Below, piece after piece: positions 33,791-45,878 of a stretch of DNA of 64,000 bases. The first letter of the stretch is position 1; the number at the start of each line of letters is the position of its first letter. The DNA lies in assembly GCA_965215005.1 (NCBI GenBank), contig CBDCCZ010000058.1:46479-110478 (forward strand), in the 5' to 3' direction. The stretch is from Kofleriaceae bacterium (GTDB taxonomy: Bacteria; Myxococcota_A; Polyangia; Haliangiales; Haliangiaceae). A program made the translations under genes and the position numbers. The notes under the pieces were generated by a model. The model was not told where the DNA came from. It searched no databases and saw only the letters and a program-made list of their open reading frames with translations.

Positions 33791-34318
33791 ATGCTCGCGA
33801 TTGTCTCCGCCGCTGCTCTGGGCTCGTCCGGTTGCCCGGTGCCCGTGCCGCTCGAGCTCGCCGAACCCGACGGTGGACTCAATGCCACCCCGGTCATCAC
33901 GGCCGCCACCGGCGACTTCGAGTTCCCCGGCCCCTTCGAGCTCGAGCGCGGCGATGCCCGCGCCATCAATCTGGCGCTGCGCGACATCGACGTCGACGAC
34001 CTTCTGCACGTGCGGCTCTACGTCGACTACGACCTGAGCCAGCCGACACCGCCGCTGTCGACCTGCAGCGTCACTCAAACCCAGGGGCAAACCCAGGGGC
34101 AAACCCAGGGAGGCAGCCCGCTGCGCAACGCCCGCTGTCCCACCCAGTCGCTGTGCTCGACCATCGCCGGCACCGACGGGTCGATTCACTACCTCGAGGC
34201 GTACGTCGCCGACCGACCGTTCCTCAATGAGGGTCTTCCCGAGTTTCGCGCCCTTCCCGAGGGAGCTGAGTCGAGCGCTCGGGGCTGGCTGTTTAGCTGC
34301 CGGACGGTCGAGCAATGA
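33791..34318 (+). CDS. Lipoprotein, unknown function
   Basis: MLAIVSAAALGSSGC signal/lipobox; start moved downstream of the ORF-track start (33563). Confidence 0.65.
   Translation: MLAIVSAAALGSSGCPVPVPLELAEPDGGLNATPVITAATGDFEFPGPFELERGDARAINLALRDIDVDDLLHVRLYVDYDLSQPTPPLSTCSVTQTQGQTQGQTQGGSPLRNARCPTQSLCSTIAGTDGSIHYLEAYVADRPFLNEGLPEFRALPEGAESSARGWLFSCRTVEQ
34075..34110 (+). repeat. In-frame 12-nt tandem repeat (QTQG x3)
   Basis: About three copies of CAAACCCAGGGG. Confidence 0.85.
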
Positions 34319-36129
34319 GCCCTCGATACTCTGTAGTCGCCGCCACGGTGCTGGCGCTGGCGGCGTGCCTCGAGCAGCCCGATGCCGGCAATCGCGCCCC
34401 GCCGATGTGCCAAACCAACCTCGACTGCGGCGCTGGACGGACCTGCGATGACGGCGTGTGCTGGGGCGGAGTTGGCTCGGGTCGCGCCTTCGCTGCGGTT
34501 CTCGCACCGCCACAAGGCACCGACTTGGTCGCCACGGAGCTACCCGCGCTCGAGGTTGGCGACCACGGCTGGTTGCCCGAGCTGTCCTACGTCAATCCGG
34601 TGACCCTCCGCGGTCGGGTGCGATTGGTCTGCGCCGACGGCGAGGCCCCGATCTGCAACGATAGTCGGTCGGTGGCCGCAAAAATCGAGATCCGGCGTCG
34701 TTCGCGCATCGCCGGCGGCCCCGACTATCTGCGCACCTTCGCCGCTCAGCCTGGTGCCGAGGCCGGCGAGCCAGCGTTCGTGGTGCGCATCCCGCCGACG
34801 CTGCCTGGCGACCCGCCCTATCAAATCTCGGTGCAGCCGGACGACGTCGCCGGTCCCAGCGGCGAGCGTCGCGCTGCCGCGGTCGAGCTGGCGCCGCCGC
34901 TCAAGTTCGAGCTCATCGCCGCGCAAAGCGCCGAGGGCCTCGAGTGGGTGCTCGGGGAGCCGAGCGAGCAAAAGATTGTCACCGGTCGCGTCGTCGACGC
35001 CGCGGGTCGCGGTGTGGAAGGACTGCGGGTGTGGGCGCTGTCGCGGCTACTCGATGGAGCGCCGCTCGAGCGCAGCTCCTCGATCGCCACCACCGATGCC
35101 ACCGGCACCTATCGGGTGCTGATCCCCAACGCGACCCTCGACACCTTCGAGCTGGTGCTCAAGCCCGCGCCCGACACCGCGGCGCCAACGCTGCGCATTG
35201 CCAACCTTCGCCTGCCCGACCCGATCGACCCCACCCTGCCGCTGCAGCTCGGCGAGGTGCGGTTGCCGAGCTATCGCTCGCCGATTTCGGCCAATGTTGC
35301 AGTCATGGGCTTCGATACCAGCGGCCAGAGTGTGCCGGTGGCGGGCGCTGAGGTCCGCATGTCCACGGTGCTGGCCGAAACTGAGCAGATGTCCGCGATC
35401 TACACCACCCAAGGCTTCACCGACGCGGCCGGCGTTGCGGCGCTGCAGGTGATCGTCGGCGATGAAGCAACACCCCGAACGTATCTGGTGCGTGTCATCG
35501 CGCCGCCGAGCACGCAGCACGGCTCGCTCCTGGACCTCGAACGCTCGATCACGGGCGTTTCCGGCGGCGGGCTCGAGCCCATCCAGCTGCGCCGTCGAGC
35601 CCCGGTGAGCGGGACGATCGTGTCCTCGGAGGGCATGGCAATCGCCGGAGCCACGGTGGTGGCACGGCCGTCGTCGGCGCTCCTAGAGCGGCTGGAGCCG
35701 CGCGACCGCGAGCTATTGACCGGGCTTCAGCCGGCCAGCGCCACCAGCAGCAGCGGCGGTGAGTTCGTGCTTTGGCTCGACCGTGAGCTCGACAATCGAC
35801 GGGTGGATTACGACATCGAGGTCATTCCACCCGAGGGCTCCAATGCGCCTCGCTGGGTGGCCGACGAGATCGCGCTCGAGGGCGCCGACGAAGTGGGCTC
35901 GGTGTCGCTACCGAGCCGACTCGTCGAGCTGCCAGCACCGCGGTACGTGCGCAGCATCGTGCGAGATCCCGCTGGCGAGCCAGTCGCTGATGCCGAGGTC
36001 TTGCTGTACGAGATCTCGGACGCAGCATGCGATCCGGCGCTGGCCTCGTGCGCGGCGGCGCCGCTGCGCGGCGTATTTCGCACCGACGCCGACGGGCTGC
36101 TGCGGGCGATCGTGCCGGCCGTTCCCTAG
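34315..36129 (+). CDS. Lipoprotein with carboxypeptidase-regulatory-like beta domains
   Basis: Lipobox LAAC, Cys-rich N-terminus, repeated GRVVD..G..V.G..V / TDA.G.Y motifs; ATGA overlap. Confidence 0.78.
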   Translation: MSPRYSVVAATVLALAACLEQPDAGNRAPPMCQTNLDCGAGRTCDDGVCWGGVGSGRAFAAVLAPPQGTDLVATELPALEVGDHGWLPELSYVNPVTLRGRVRLVCADGEAPICNDSRSVAAKIEIRRRSRIAGGPDYLRTFAAQPGAEAGEPAFVVRIPPTLPGDPPYQISVQPDDVAGPSGERRAAAVELAPPLKFELIAAQSAEGLEWVLGEPSEQKIVTGRVVDAAGRGVEGLRVWALSRLLDGAPLERSSSIATTDATGTYRVLIPNATLDTFELVLKPAPDTAAPTLRIANLRLPDPIDPTLPLQLGEVRLPSYRSPISANVAVMGFDTSGQSVPVAGAEVRMSTVLAETEQMSAIYTTQGFTDAAGVAALQVIVGDEATPRTYLVRVIAPPSTQHGSLLDLERSITGVSGGGLEPIQLRRRAPVSGTIVSSEGMAIAGATVVARPSSALLERLEPRDRELLTGLQPASATSSSGGEFVLWLDRELDNRRVDYDIEVIPPEGSNAPRWVADEIALEGADEVGSVSLPSRLVELPAPRYVRSIVRDPAGEPVADAEVLLYEISDAACDPALASCAAAPLRGVFRTDADGLLRAIVPAVP

Positions 36130-36243
36130 CTGGCATCCTCCGCTGCGGGTGAGTTCGTCGGCCTGCGGGTGCGCTCGCCCTGAGCGGCATCGGCGATTGC
36201 TTGACCCGGGCGCGGTCGCAGACTAAGGTGAGAATTGATGTAA

Positions 36244-36822
36244 GTGTCCAAAGGCCTTGAGAAAACCAATGAATTCAGGCGTTACCGGCAGGTCCTGGCG
36301 GCGATTTACGCAACGACGATCGCGGCTGGATGTGTCCTCCTGGCCGGATCGGTGGTCGAGCAGCTGTTCTTTCGTCCTGTTCGTCAGCTCGACGGCCACC
36401 TCTCCGCAGACGATCCGTCGCCAGCCGACCTGCTCCGGTGCCAGCACGATGTTCAAGACCTGCAATCGCAGCTCGCGCGCACGGTCGCTCAGCTCCTGGT
36501 TAGCCCAACGTTGGGCAAACCAGACGAGCTTGGCCGCCACTGGGAGGAATTTTCGCGCGCATGGGACGAGCGATGGCAGCAAGTGAACGCGTGGTGTCGT
36601 TTCGAAGAAGTCGCCGATTCCAAGCTATCTGGGGCCTACCACCGCATGGCGCGCGTCCACGCCGACCTGCAGCCCATGCACCTAAAGTATCAGAGTCTGC
36701 TCGTTCGCTTCGAAGAGGAGCAAGCCGCACAGCTGGCCGAAATGCGCCGTGTCTTAGACGAGGCACGCCAGGCATTCGCCGCCGAGCTCGCGCAGCAGGG
36801 CGAGAAGGAGCAGACTCCGTGA
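36244..36822 (+). CDS. Membrane-anchored helical hypothetical protein
   Basis: N-terminal TM segment, coiled-coil-like remainder; fills the gap before the helicase. Confidence 0.6.
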   Translation: MSKGLEKTNEFRRYRQVLAAIYATTIAAGCVLLAGSVVEQLFFRPVRQLDGHLSADDPSPADLLRCQHDVQDLQSQLARTVAQLLVSPTLGKPDELGRHWEEFSRAWDERWQQVNAWCRFEEVADSKLSGAYHRMARVHADLQPMHLKYQSLLVRFEEEQAAQLAEMRRVLDEARQAFAAELAQQGEKEQTP

Positions 36823-36843
36823 CGCATTCGCGGGATTTCATCT

Positions 36844-40179
<3,336 letters not shown>

Positions 40180-40338
40180 GCGCCGGCGAGCTTCTTCGAC
40201 GCCAAGCGCTGGCCCGCCCGCCTCACCGGGCGGTGCCAGCGCCACTCGCGTGTGTCCGCGCGATCAACCCTTGCAGCTACGCCACGGCGGGCGGGCGGTA
40301 ATAGCGCCGCCGGTGCCGCTGCGAGCAGCCGTCTGCAG

Positions 40339-41505
40339 CTACGCCACGGCGGCTGTGGGACGGTGATGGCGGCGCGGCCAGAAAGCGACGGCGGCGGCGG
40401 GCACCAGCGGCCACAGCAGGAGTGGCCAGAGGGGCTGGGTGAAGGTTCCGGCCACCATCAAAATGACGACAACGCCGAGCTGGGCGAGGCGGAGGCGGGC
40501 GTAGAGCGCTCGCTTGGCGGCCGGCAACAGCAGCAGCAAGAGGTCCAGAGGCAGAAGGATCCACAGGGTCTCGTTGAAGCGCACGTACGCGAGCGGGCTG
40601 ATGATGGCCAGGCCCCAAAACACCAGGCCGAGCAACACTTGCGGAATTAGTGCCACCGCCAGCCCCGCGCGCTCATAGCGACCCCAGAGCTTGGTGAGCA
40701 CCACCGGCGCTGTGAGCACCAGGAGCGCCAGGGCGAGCCACCCCCGGCCGTTGGCATCTTCGGCGGGCAACGGCGGGCCTTGGCGCTGGTATAGAACCAC
40801 GGGCTCGACGCCGCCGTACTTGTGCACCGCTTCGCGCAGGTAGTCGGGCAAGAACATCGCCTCGTATTCGGTGGGGCGGCGATCGGTGCTGCGGCCCATC
40901 GCGACGTCGGTGATGAGCAGCGCCAGCGGAGTTTCCACGAAGCCAGCGCGCGCCAGGTCGCGGAACGTCACGTCCAGCGGCTTGGTGGCGTTTTTCGAGA
41001 GCGTGCCGTCCAGACCCTCGTCGATGAGGTCGCGAATCCGGGTGCTGCAGTTGTCGAAGAAGTGGTCGTAGGCGTAATAGCGGTGGTTTGGCTCGAGGTC
41101 CTGCTGCAGCGCTGCCACGAGCCGTTTCCGAGCGTCCTCTTCGAGCGGCAGCATCTGGCTATAGATCGTGCGATCCATCTCCTCGTAGCGGCGCAGCATG
41201 CGCGCACGCTGTTCAATGGACACCCAGAAGCTCTTGGTGCCGCGAAAGAATCCCCAGCCCATCTTGAGCGGCCGTTGAAACTCGGCGGTGCCGTAGTTGT
41301 AGCAATGGTCGCGGCGCGGGTCGGGATAGCGCAGGCACAGCGCCACGTGGCCGTGCTTCTCCCAGATGAGCGCGCCAACGCCCATCGTGATTAGCTCGAC
41401 GGTGGGCTCGCCCGCATCGGTGCCGCGCTGGCCGCCGGGCTGCGCGCCCGCGACCCCCGCCACCGAAGAAAGCACAACGAGGATTGCAACGACGTGCCCA
41501 CGCAT
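40339..41505 (-). CDS. DUF4105/Lnb-like membrane protein
   Basis: Signal peptide, GHVAL, YNYG, YDHFFDNCSTRIRD, MFLPDYL, then several C-terminal TM helices. Confidence 0.75.
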   Translation of the reverse strand: MRGHVVAILVVLSSVAGVAGAQPGGQRGTDAGEPTVELITMGVGALIWEKHGHVALCLRYPDPRRDHCYNYGTAEFQRPLKMGWGFFRGTKSFWVSIEQRARMLRRYEEMDRTIYSQMLPLEEDARKRLVAALQQDLEPNHRYYAYDHFFDNCSTRIRDLIDEGLDGTLSKNATKPLDVTFRDLARAGFVETPLALLITDVAMGRSTDRRPTEYEAMFLPDYLREAVHKYGGVEPVVLYQRQGPPLPAEDANGRGWLALALLVLTAPVVLTKLWGRYERAGLAVALIPQVLLGLVFWGLAIISPLAYVRFNETLWILLPLDLLLLLLPAAKRALYARLRLAQLGVVVILMVAGTFTQPLWPLLLWPLVPAAAVAFWPRRHHRPTAAVA

Positions 41506-41627
41506 CGTTCTGTAAGGTCGCAGGAGCGAGCTGCTTCGGCAAGTCAGCTGCGGCGCTGGCCCGAGTCGGCCAGCCCGCCGCGATGCGCCCTGCCCTGCAA
41601 AACCGCAGCGCTGGCGCACGAGCGTCG

Positions 41628-44600
41628 CTACTGCGAGCGCAGCCAGAGCGCGCGCCGCACGCTTCGCTGAAACACCAGCTCGGCGCCGGTTCCGCTGGGA
41701 TCGAGCCCCGTCGGGGTCTGCCGCTCGGCGAGTGAGCCGCTGGCGGTGTGGACGGTTCCTGCCTGCGGATCGACATCGAGGCCACCGGCGCCGCCCTGCA
41801 GCTCCACGGCAGCGCCGAGCTGGCTGCCGTCGGAGAGCGAGTAGCGGGTAAGTCGCCCCGCGGAGGGGCCATAGCCAACCACGTTGATATCCTCGCTGGC
41901 GGTGACGATGAACAGCTCGCCACCGACGATCACCGCCTGCGAGAACGCTCGCTGGCCGATACCGAGATCGATCGCGAATCCGCCGTTGGCCGCGGCGGTG
42001 GCTTCCGAGAGCGGCGCGCTCGCCACGTCACGAAGCGGAAATGCGACCGCATATTGATTGACGTCCGAGGGCGACCACGTGGTGGGGTTGCGGTCGGCGT
42101 AGCCACCGGTCACCGCGACCGCAAACGGCTGCAGGCTCAAGGCATCGACGTAGATGGACACCGGGGCGCCGATGGGGCGGAAGTCGGTGGTGAGCCGCAG
42201 CAGCGGGTCGCTGCCGTAGCGGTTGACGCCATCGATGGCGCGCAACATCCAGACGTCGCCATACAGGGTGGGAACGAGGATGTCGGTGAGCTCCCCTGCC
42301 CCTTCGAGGTCGACGCCGGTGACGCCGGCCGGGATGCCGGAATCGGGAACCACCGGATTGCCGGCACTGCGCGGCGCCGGATAGAGCTGGCCGAAGTCCC
42401 AGACGCGCTGGCCGGTGAGGGTGTCGAGGGCGACCACGTAAATGCCGCTGCCGGGATCGGTGCCACCGTTGTTCGTCGCTGCGACGGTGAGCTGGCGGAC
42501 GCCGCCGGGGCCGTATGCGGGCCCCATGGCCAGGCCGATGCCAACGCCCAAATCGATGGCGCCGCGCGTCGCTGGAGCCGTGTACTCCCACAGCACCTGC
42601 GGATTGGCGGGGCTCGATACATCGAGCGCGTAGACGCCCGGCGCAGCGGCGGCGTTGGCGGGATCGCCGCTGCCGGTCTGAAACGTCAACACGGTGCGCC
42701 ACTCACGCCGTCCCGTGCCGTTGAAGTCGCCAAACACGTCGGTGACCCGCGGCGAGCCATCGAGGCGCTGCTCGTTGAGGCGCAACAGCGGCAGCTGGGT
42801 TCGCGGCACGTAGGCCCACAGCTCCACGCCGGCCGCGGGGCACGGGCCGCCGGCCTCGGCGCAGATGGCGTGGAGCATGCCGTCCAGGGCCCCCACGTAG
42901 ATCATGGTCGGGCGCTCGCCGCCGAGCATCGGACTGGCTTCGACCACGGCCATGGTCGAGCGGTCGATGCCGCCGAGCGTGGCGACGTAGGCGCCGCCGT
43001 CCTGGCGACCCGCGAGCACCCGGGCAATCAGGGTATCGATTTCGTCGGGGCTGAGAGCCGCGCCGAGCAGCGGGCCGAGCGCGTCGCGGCTACTCGTTGC
43101 CACCGCCACGCGCGCGGGTCTGGCGCCGCTGGCAACGGTGGTAAAGACGGTGCGGCAGCCGCCATCGAAACCCGGGGCGCAGCCATCGGGCGCTGCCACG
43201 GGGATGCCGTCTGCGGCATTGAAAAGCAGCGGCGCGGCTTTGAGGTCGGTGGCGCCGTCTGCGAGCGTGGCGGTCGATACCGCCCGCAGGTGCCCTGCCA
43301 CGTGCGGAAACACGAACGTATCGTCATCGGCGCTGCCGCTATAGGTCGGCGCCGCGGCGGCCATCGCGGCAACTTCAAAGGAGCCCTGCAGCTGCGCCGT
43401 CTCGCCAGCGATCACCGCCAACACGGGCGCGGAGCGGGACGCCTCTGCAACGTCGGCGTCAGGGCCGTCGTCAATCGGCGCGCTCACCAGCACCGTGTTG
43501 AGCAGCACGCGCAGTCCCGCCGCGGAGTCCTTGCGCCACGGCGAGCCGCCCACGTAGTAGACGATGCCTTTGCTGGGATCGTTGTCCTTGTGCCGCCACG
43601 TTGCAAAATCCCAGTCGTCTTGGCTCGAGTTGCTTTGATGATCGGTGAAGATCATCCGCCGCACGCCGGGCAGATAGCTGCGGTCGTCGCGCGGGCGCCA
43701 GTTGAACGTGCTGCCGCCGATACCGGTCCAGAAGAGGCCGCCAAACTGCGCGGCTGGATCGGAGAAGTCATCGCTCACCGTGCGCTCGTCACCGCTGCCG
43801 CGATCCCAGGTGTCGTCGGTGCCGTTGATAAGAAGGCCATCGCTTGCTTGCAAGGCGGCGGTGGGCGCCGTCACTGGCACGTAACTGCTCGACCAGCTGC
43901 CGTAGCCTTCCAACGCGGCGATGGCAGCGTCCTGAGCGAGCACGTGACCGCCACCGTCGGCGAACGCGGTGAGCTGGTCGAGAAACTGCTGTTGGCGTGG
44001 GGTGGGCGCGCCCGGAAGTGCAAACGGCGGCAGCCAGGCGAGTGTGAAGGCCTCGTTCTGCAAGCGGCCGCTTAACACCTCGGCAATGGTGATCCGCTCG
44101 TAGAGGGTGCCGTTGAGATCGGCCATGAGCGCTTCTTCGAGAGACGCCATGAGCTCGCTCGTCTGCGGGTTCTGCAGCCCGGTAGCCGGGTCATCGACAT
44201 CGACCACGGCAAGCTTGGGAAGCGCGCTGATGGTCTTGTAGATCGGCGCCTGAAACGGCACTTGAGCGACGTGAAAGTCGACCTCGTCGTAGCAGCTGCC
44301 CAGCGCGCACTGGCTCATCCCGGCGATGAGCGACTTGGCAGCTGCGGCATCGGCAGCGGCAATGATGAACGGCGCGCCGCGATAGGAGGTCTGGGTGATG
44401 CCGGCGTAGCGATTCTCGCTGGTGCCGGTCTGACTCATCCAGGTCACCGGGCCGCCGCCAGCACGAACGAGCGAGACGTCGATGTCGTTCCAGCTGGTTT
44501 TGTTGTGACGAATCGACCAGTGCACCGGGATGCCGGCGGCGACCAACCGAAACACCAACGAGTACGCCGGAATGAGGCCCTGGTCGGCTTGATTGGTGCC

Positions 44601-44876
44601 GTTGCACGCCGCTCCGGCCGGATCGCCACCGATGATGGTGGAGAGCTGCGCGGTGTCCACGAAGCTCGGCCGCTGATAGCAGCCGTCCATGGGGATGATG
44701 ATCGAACCGGGCTCGAAGTCGACGAGCCCCGTCTCTCCCAGCGGTGCCGGTGGGCTCGGGTTCCACGGCGCCGGAACCGACGGGGGGCTGGGGTCGCCTT
44801 GCGCCGCCAGCACCAGGGGCGACACCAACGCGAGCATCGTCAACATCACAGCAGGGCGAGAGCGACGAGCCGGCAT
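41628..44876 (-). CDS. PilY1/PilC-like exported protein
   Basis: C-terminal PilY1 motifs IYVGALDGMLHAI, GVELWAYVP, LDGSPRVTDV, WRTVL, YALDVSSP..P.VLWEY; signal peptide. Confidence 0.75.
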   Translation of the reverse strand: MPARRSRPAVMLTMLALVSPLVLAAQGDPSPPSVPAPWNPSPPAPLGETGLVDFEPGSIIIPMDGCYQRPSFVDTAQLSTIIGGDPAGAACNGTNQADQGLIPAYSLVFRLVAAGIPVHWSIRHNKTSWNDIDVSLVRAGGGPVTWMSQTGTSENRYAGITQTSYRGAPFIIAAADAAAAKSLIAGMSQCALGSCYDEVDFHVAQVPFQAPIYKTISALPKLAVVDVDDPATGLQNPQTSELMASLEEALMADLNGTLYERITIAEVLSGRLQNEAFTLAWLPPFALPGAPTPRQQQFLDQLTAFADGGGHVLAQDAAIAALEGYGSWSSSYVPVTAPTAALQASDGLLINGTDDTWDRGSGDERTVSDDFSDPAAQFGGLFWTGIGGSTFNWRPRDDRSYLPGVRRMIFTDHQSNSSQDDWDFATWRHKDNDPSKGIVYYVGGSPWRKDSAAGLRVLLNTVLVSAPIDDGPDADVAEASRSAPVLAVIAGETAQLQGSFEVAAMAAAAPTYSGSADDDTFVFPHVAGHLRAVSTATLADGATDLKAAPLLFNAADGIPVAAPDGCAPGFDGGCRTVFTTVASGARPARVAVATSSRDALGPLLGAALSPDEIDTLIARVLAGRQDGGAYVATLGGIDRSTMAVVEASPMLGGERPTMIYVGALDGMLHAICAEAGGPCPAAGVELWAYVPRTQLPLLRLNEQRLDGSPRVTDVFGDFNGTGRREWRTVLTFQTGSGDPANAAAAPGVYALDVSSPANPQVLWEYTAPATRGAIDLGVGIGLAMGPAYGPGGVRQLTVAATNNGGTDPGSGIYVVALDTLTGQRVWDFGQLYPAPRSAGNPVVPDSGIPAGVTGVDLEGAGELTDILVPTLYGDVWMLRAIDGVNRYGSDPLLRLTTDFRPIGAPVSIYVDALSLQPFAVAVTGGYADRNPTTWSPSDVNQYAVAFPLRDVASAPLSEATAAANGGFAIDLGIGQRAFSQAVIVGGELFIVTASEDINVVGYGPSAGRLTRYSLSDGSQLGAAVELQGGAGGLDVDPQAGTVHTASGSLAERQTPTGLDPSGTGAELVFQRSVRRALWLRSQ

Positions 44877-44923
44877 AGCGAGCAGTATGCGGCTCGAGAC
44901 CTGGAAAAGGAATGTAGGGGTTG

Positions 44924-45859
44924 CTAGCGGGCCCGCGCCAATAACGGCGCTAGAGCGCTCCGCGAGGCGTACACAGGGGGGCGATCGCGGGCGACGGCGG
45001 CGATCTCATCACATAGCGTTGGCCACAGCGCCTCGGGCAGATAATGGCCAACGCCGGGCAGCAAGCGAAACCGGGCGCCGGGAATCGCCCAGGCGGTGAG
45101 GCGGCCACCAAGCGGCACCACCAGCGGATCGCGGCCGCCGTGGAGCACCAGCGACGGCACCCTCACCTCCCCTAGCGCTCGGCGGCGGCTGGGCGCGGTG
45201 ACGGTGGCGGCGAGCTGCCGCACAAAGCCTCGCGGATACGTGCCGCGCTCCCACGCGAGCGCCGCGTGATGCCGCGAGCGGGCGATGTCGGCGGCGGCCG
45301 GCGGCGGTCCGGCGAGTGCGCGCAGGGTGCGCTCGGCGCGATCCATGGCCTGATCGCGATCCTTGGGAGCCGGGGCCAGCAGTGCGCGCAGCGCTCGCGG
45401 CCGCGTCAGCCACTGCACCGGCCGAGCGCCCGAGCTCGACATGATCGAGGTGAGCGAGCGAACCCGGCTGGGGTGATCGATGACGACCTGCTGCGCGATC
45501 ATCCCGCCCATCGAGGCGCCGACCAGGTGCGCCGCGTCGAGCTCGAGAGCATCCATGAGGTCGATGACATCGGATGCCATGTCACCAACGCCGTACGGCA
45601 TGTCGACGGGCAAGCCGATCAACGCGCGGGCTAGCAGCGGGCCGATGCGCGGCACCGGCAGCGAATCGAGCTTCTCGGATTGCCCGACGTCGCGGTTGTC
45701 GAAGCGAATGACGCGAAAGCCGCGGCGCGCGAGCAGCTGACAGAACAGCGGATCCCACGCGACCATCTGCGCGCCCAGGCCCATGATCAGGAGCAGCGGC
45801 TCGCCGGTGCCAACGCTGTCGTAGCAAAGAGTCAGGTTGCGGGTGGATATCAGCGGCAT
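44924..45859 (-). CDS. Alpha/beta hydrolase
   Basis: LLIMGLG, RFDNRDVG, GASMGG nucleophile elbow, HGGRDPLV, GVGH. Confidence 0.92.
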   Translation of the reverse strand: MPLISTRNLTLCYDSVGTGEPLLLIMGLGAQMVAWDPLFCQLLARRGFRVIRFDNRDVGQSEKLDSLPVPRIGPLLARALIGLPVDMPYGVGDMASDVIDLMDALELDAAHLVGASMGGMIAQQVVIDHPSRVRSLTSIMSSSGARPVQWLTRPRALRALLAPAPKDRDQAMDRAERTLRALAGPPPAAADIARSRHHAALAWERGTYPRGFVRQLAATVTAPSRRRALGEVRVPSLVLHGGRDPLVVPLGGRLTAWAIPGARFRLLPGVGHYLPEALWPTLCDEIAAVARDRPPVYASRSALAPLLARAR

Positions 45860-45878
45860 AGCGGGCTCTCTGAGTGGA

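Noticed and set aside
41748..44075. 775-aa plus-strand ORF
   Set aside because: Antisense shadow of the PilY1-like gene; no motifs, typical of high-GC DNA
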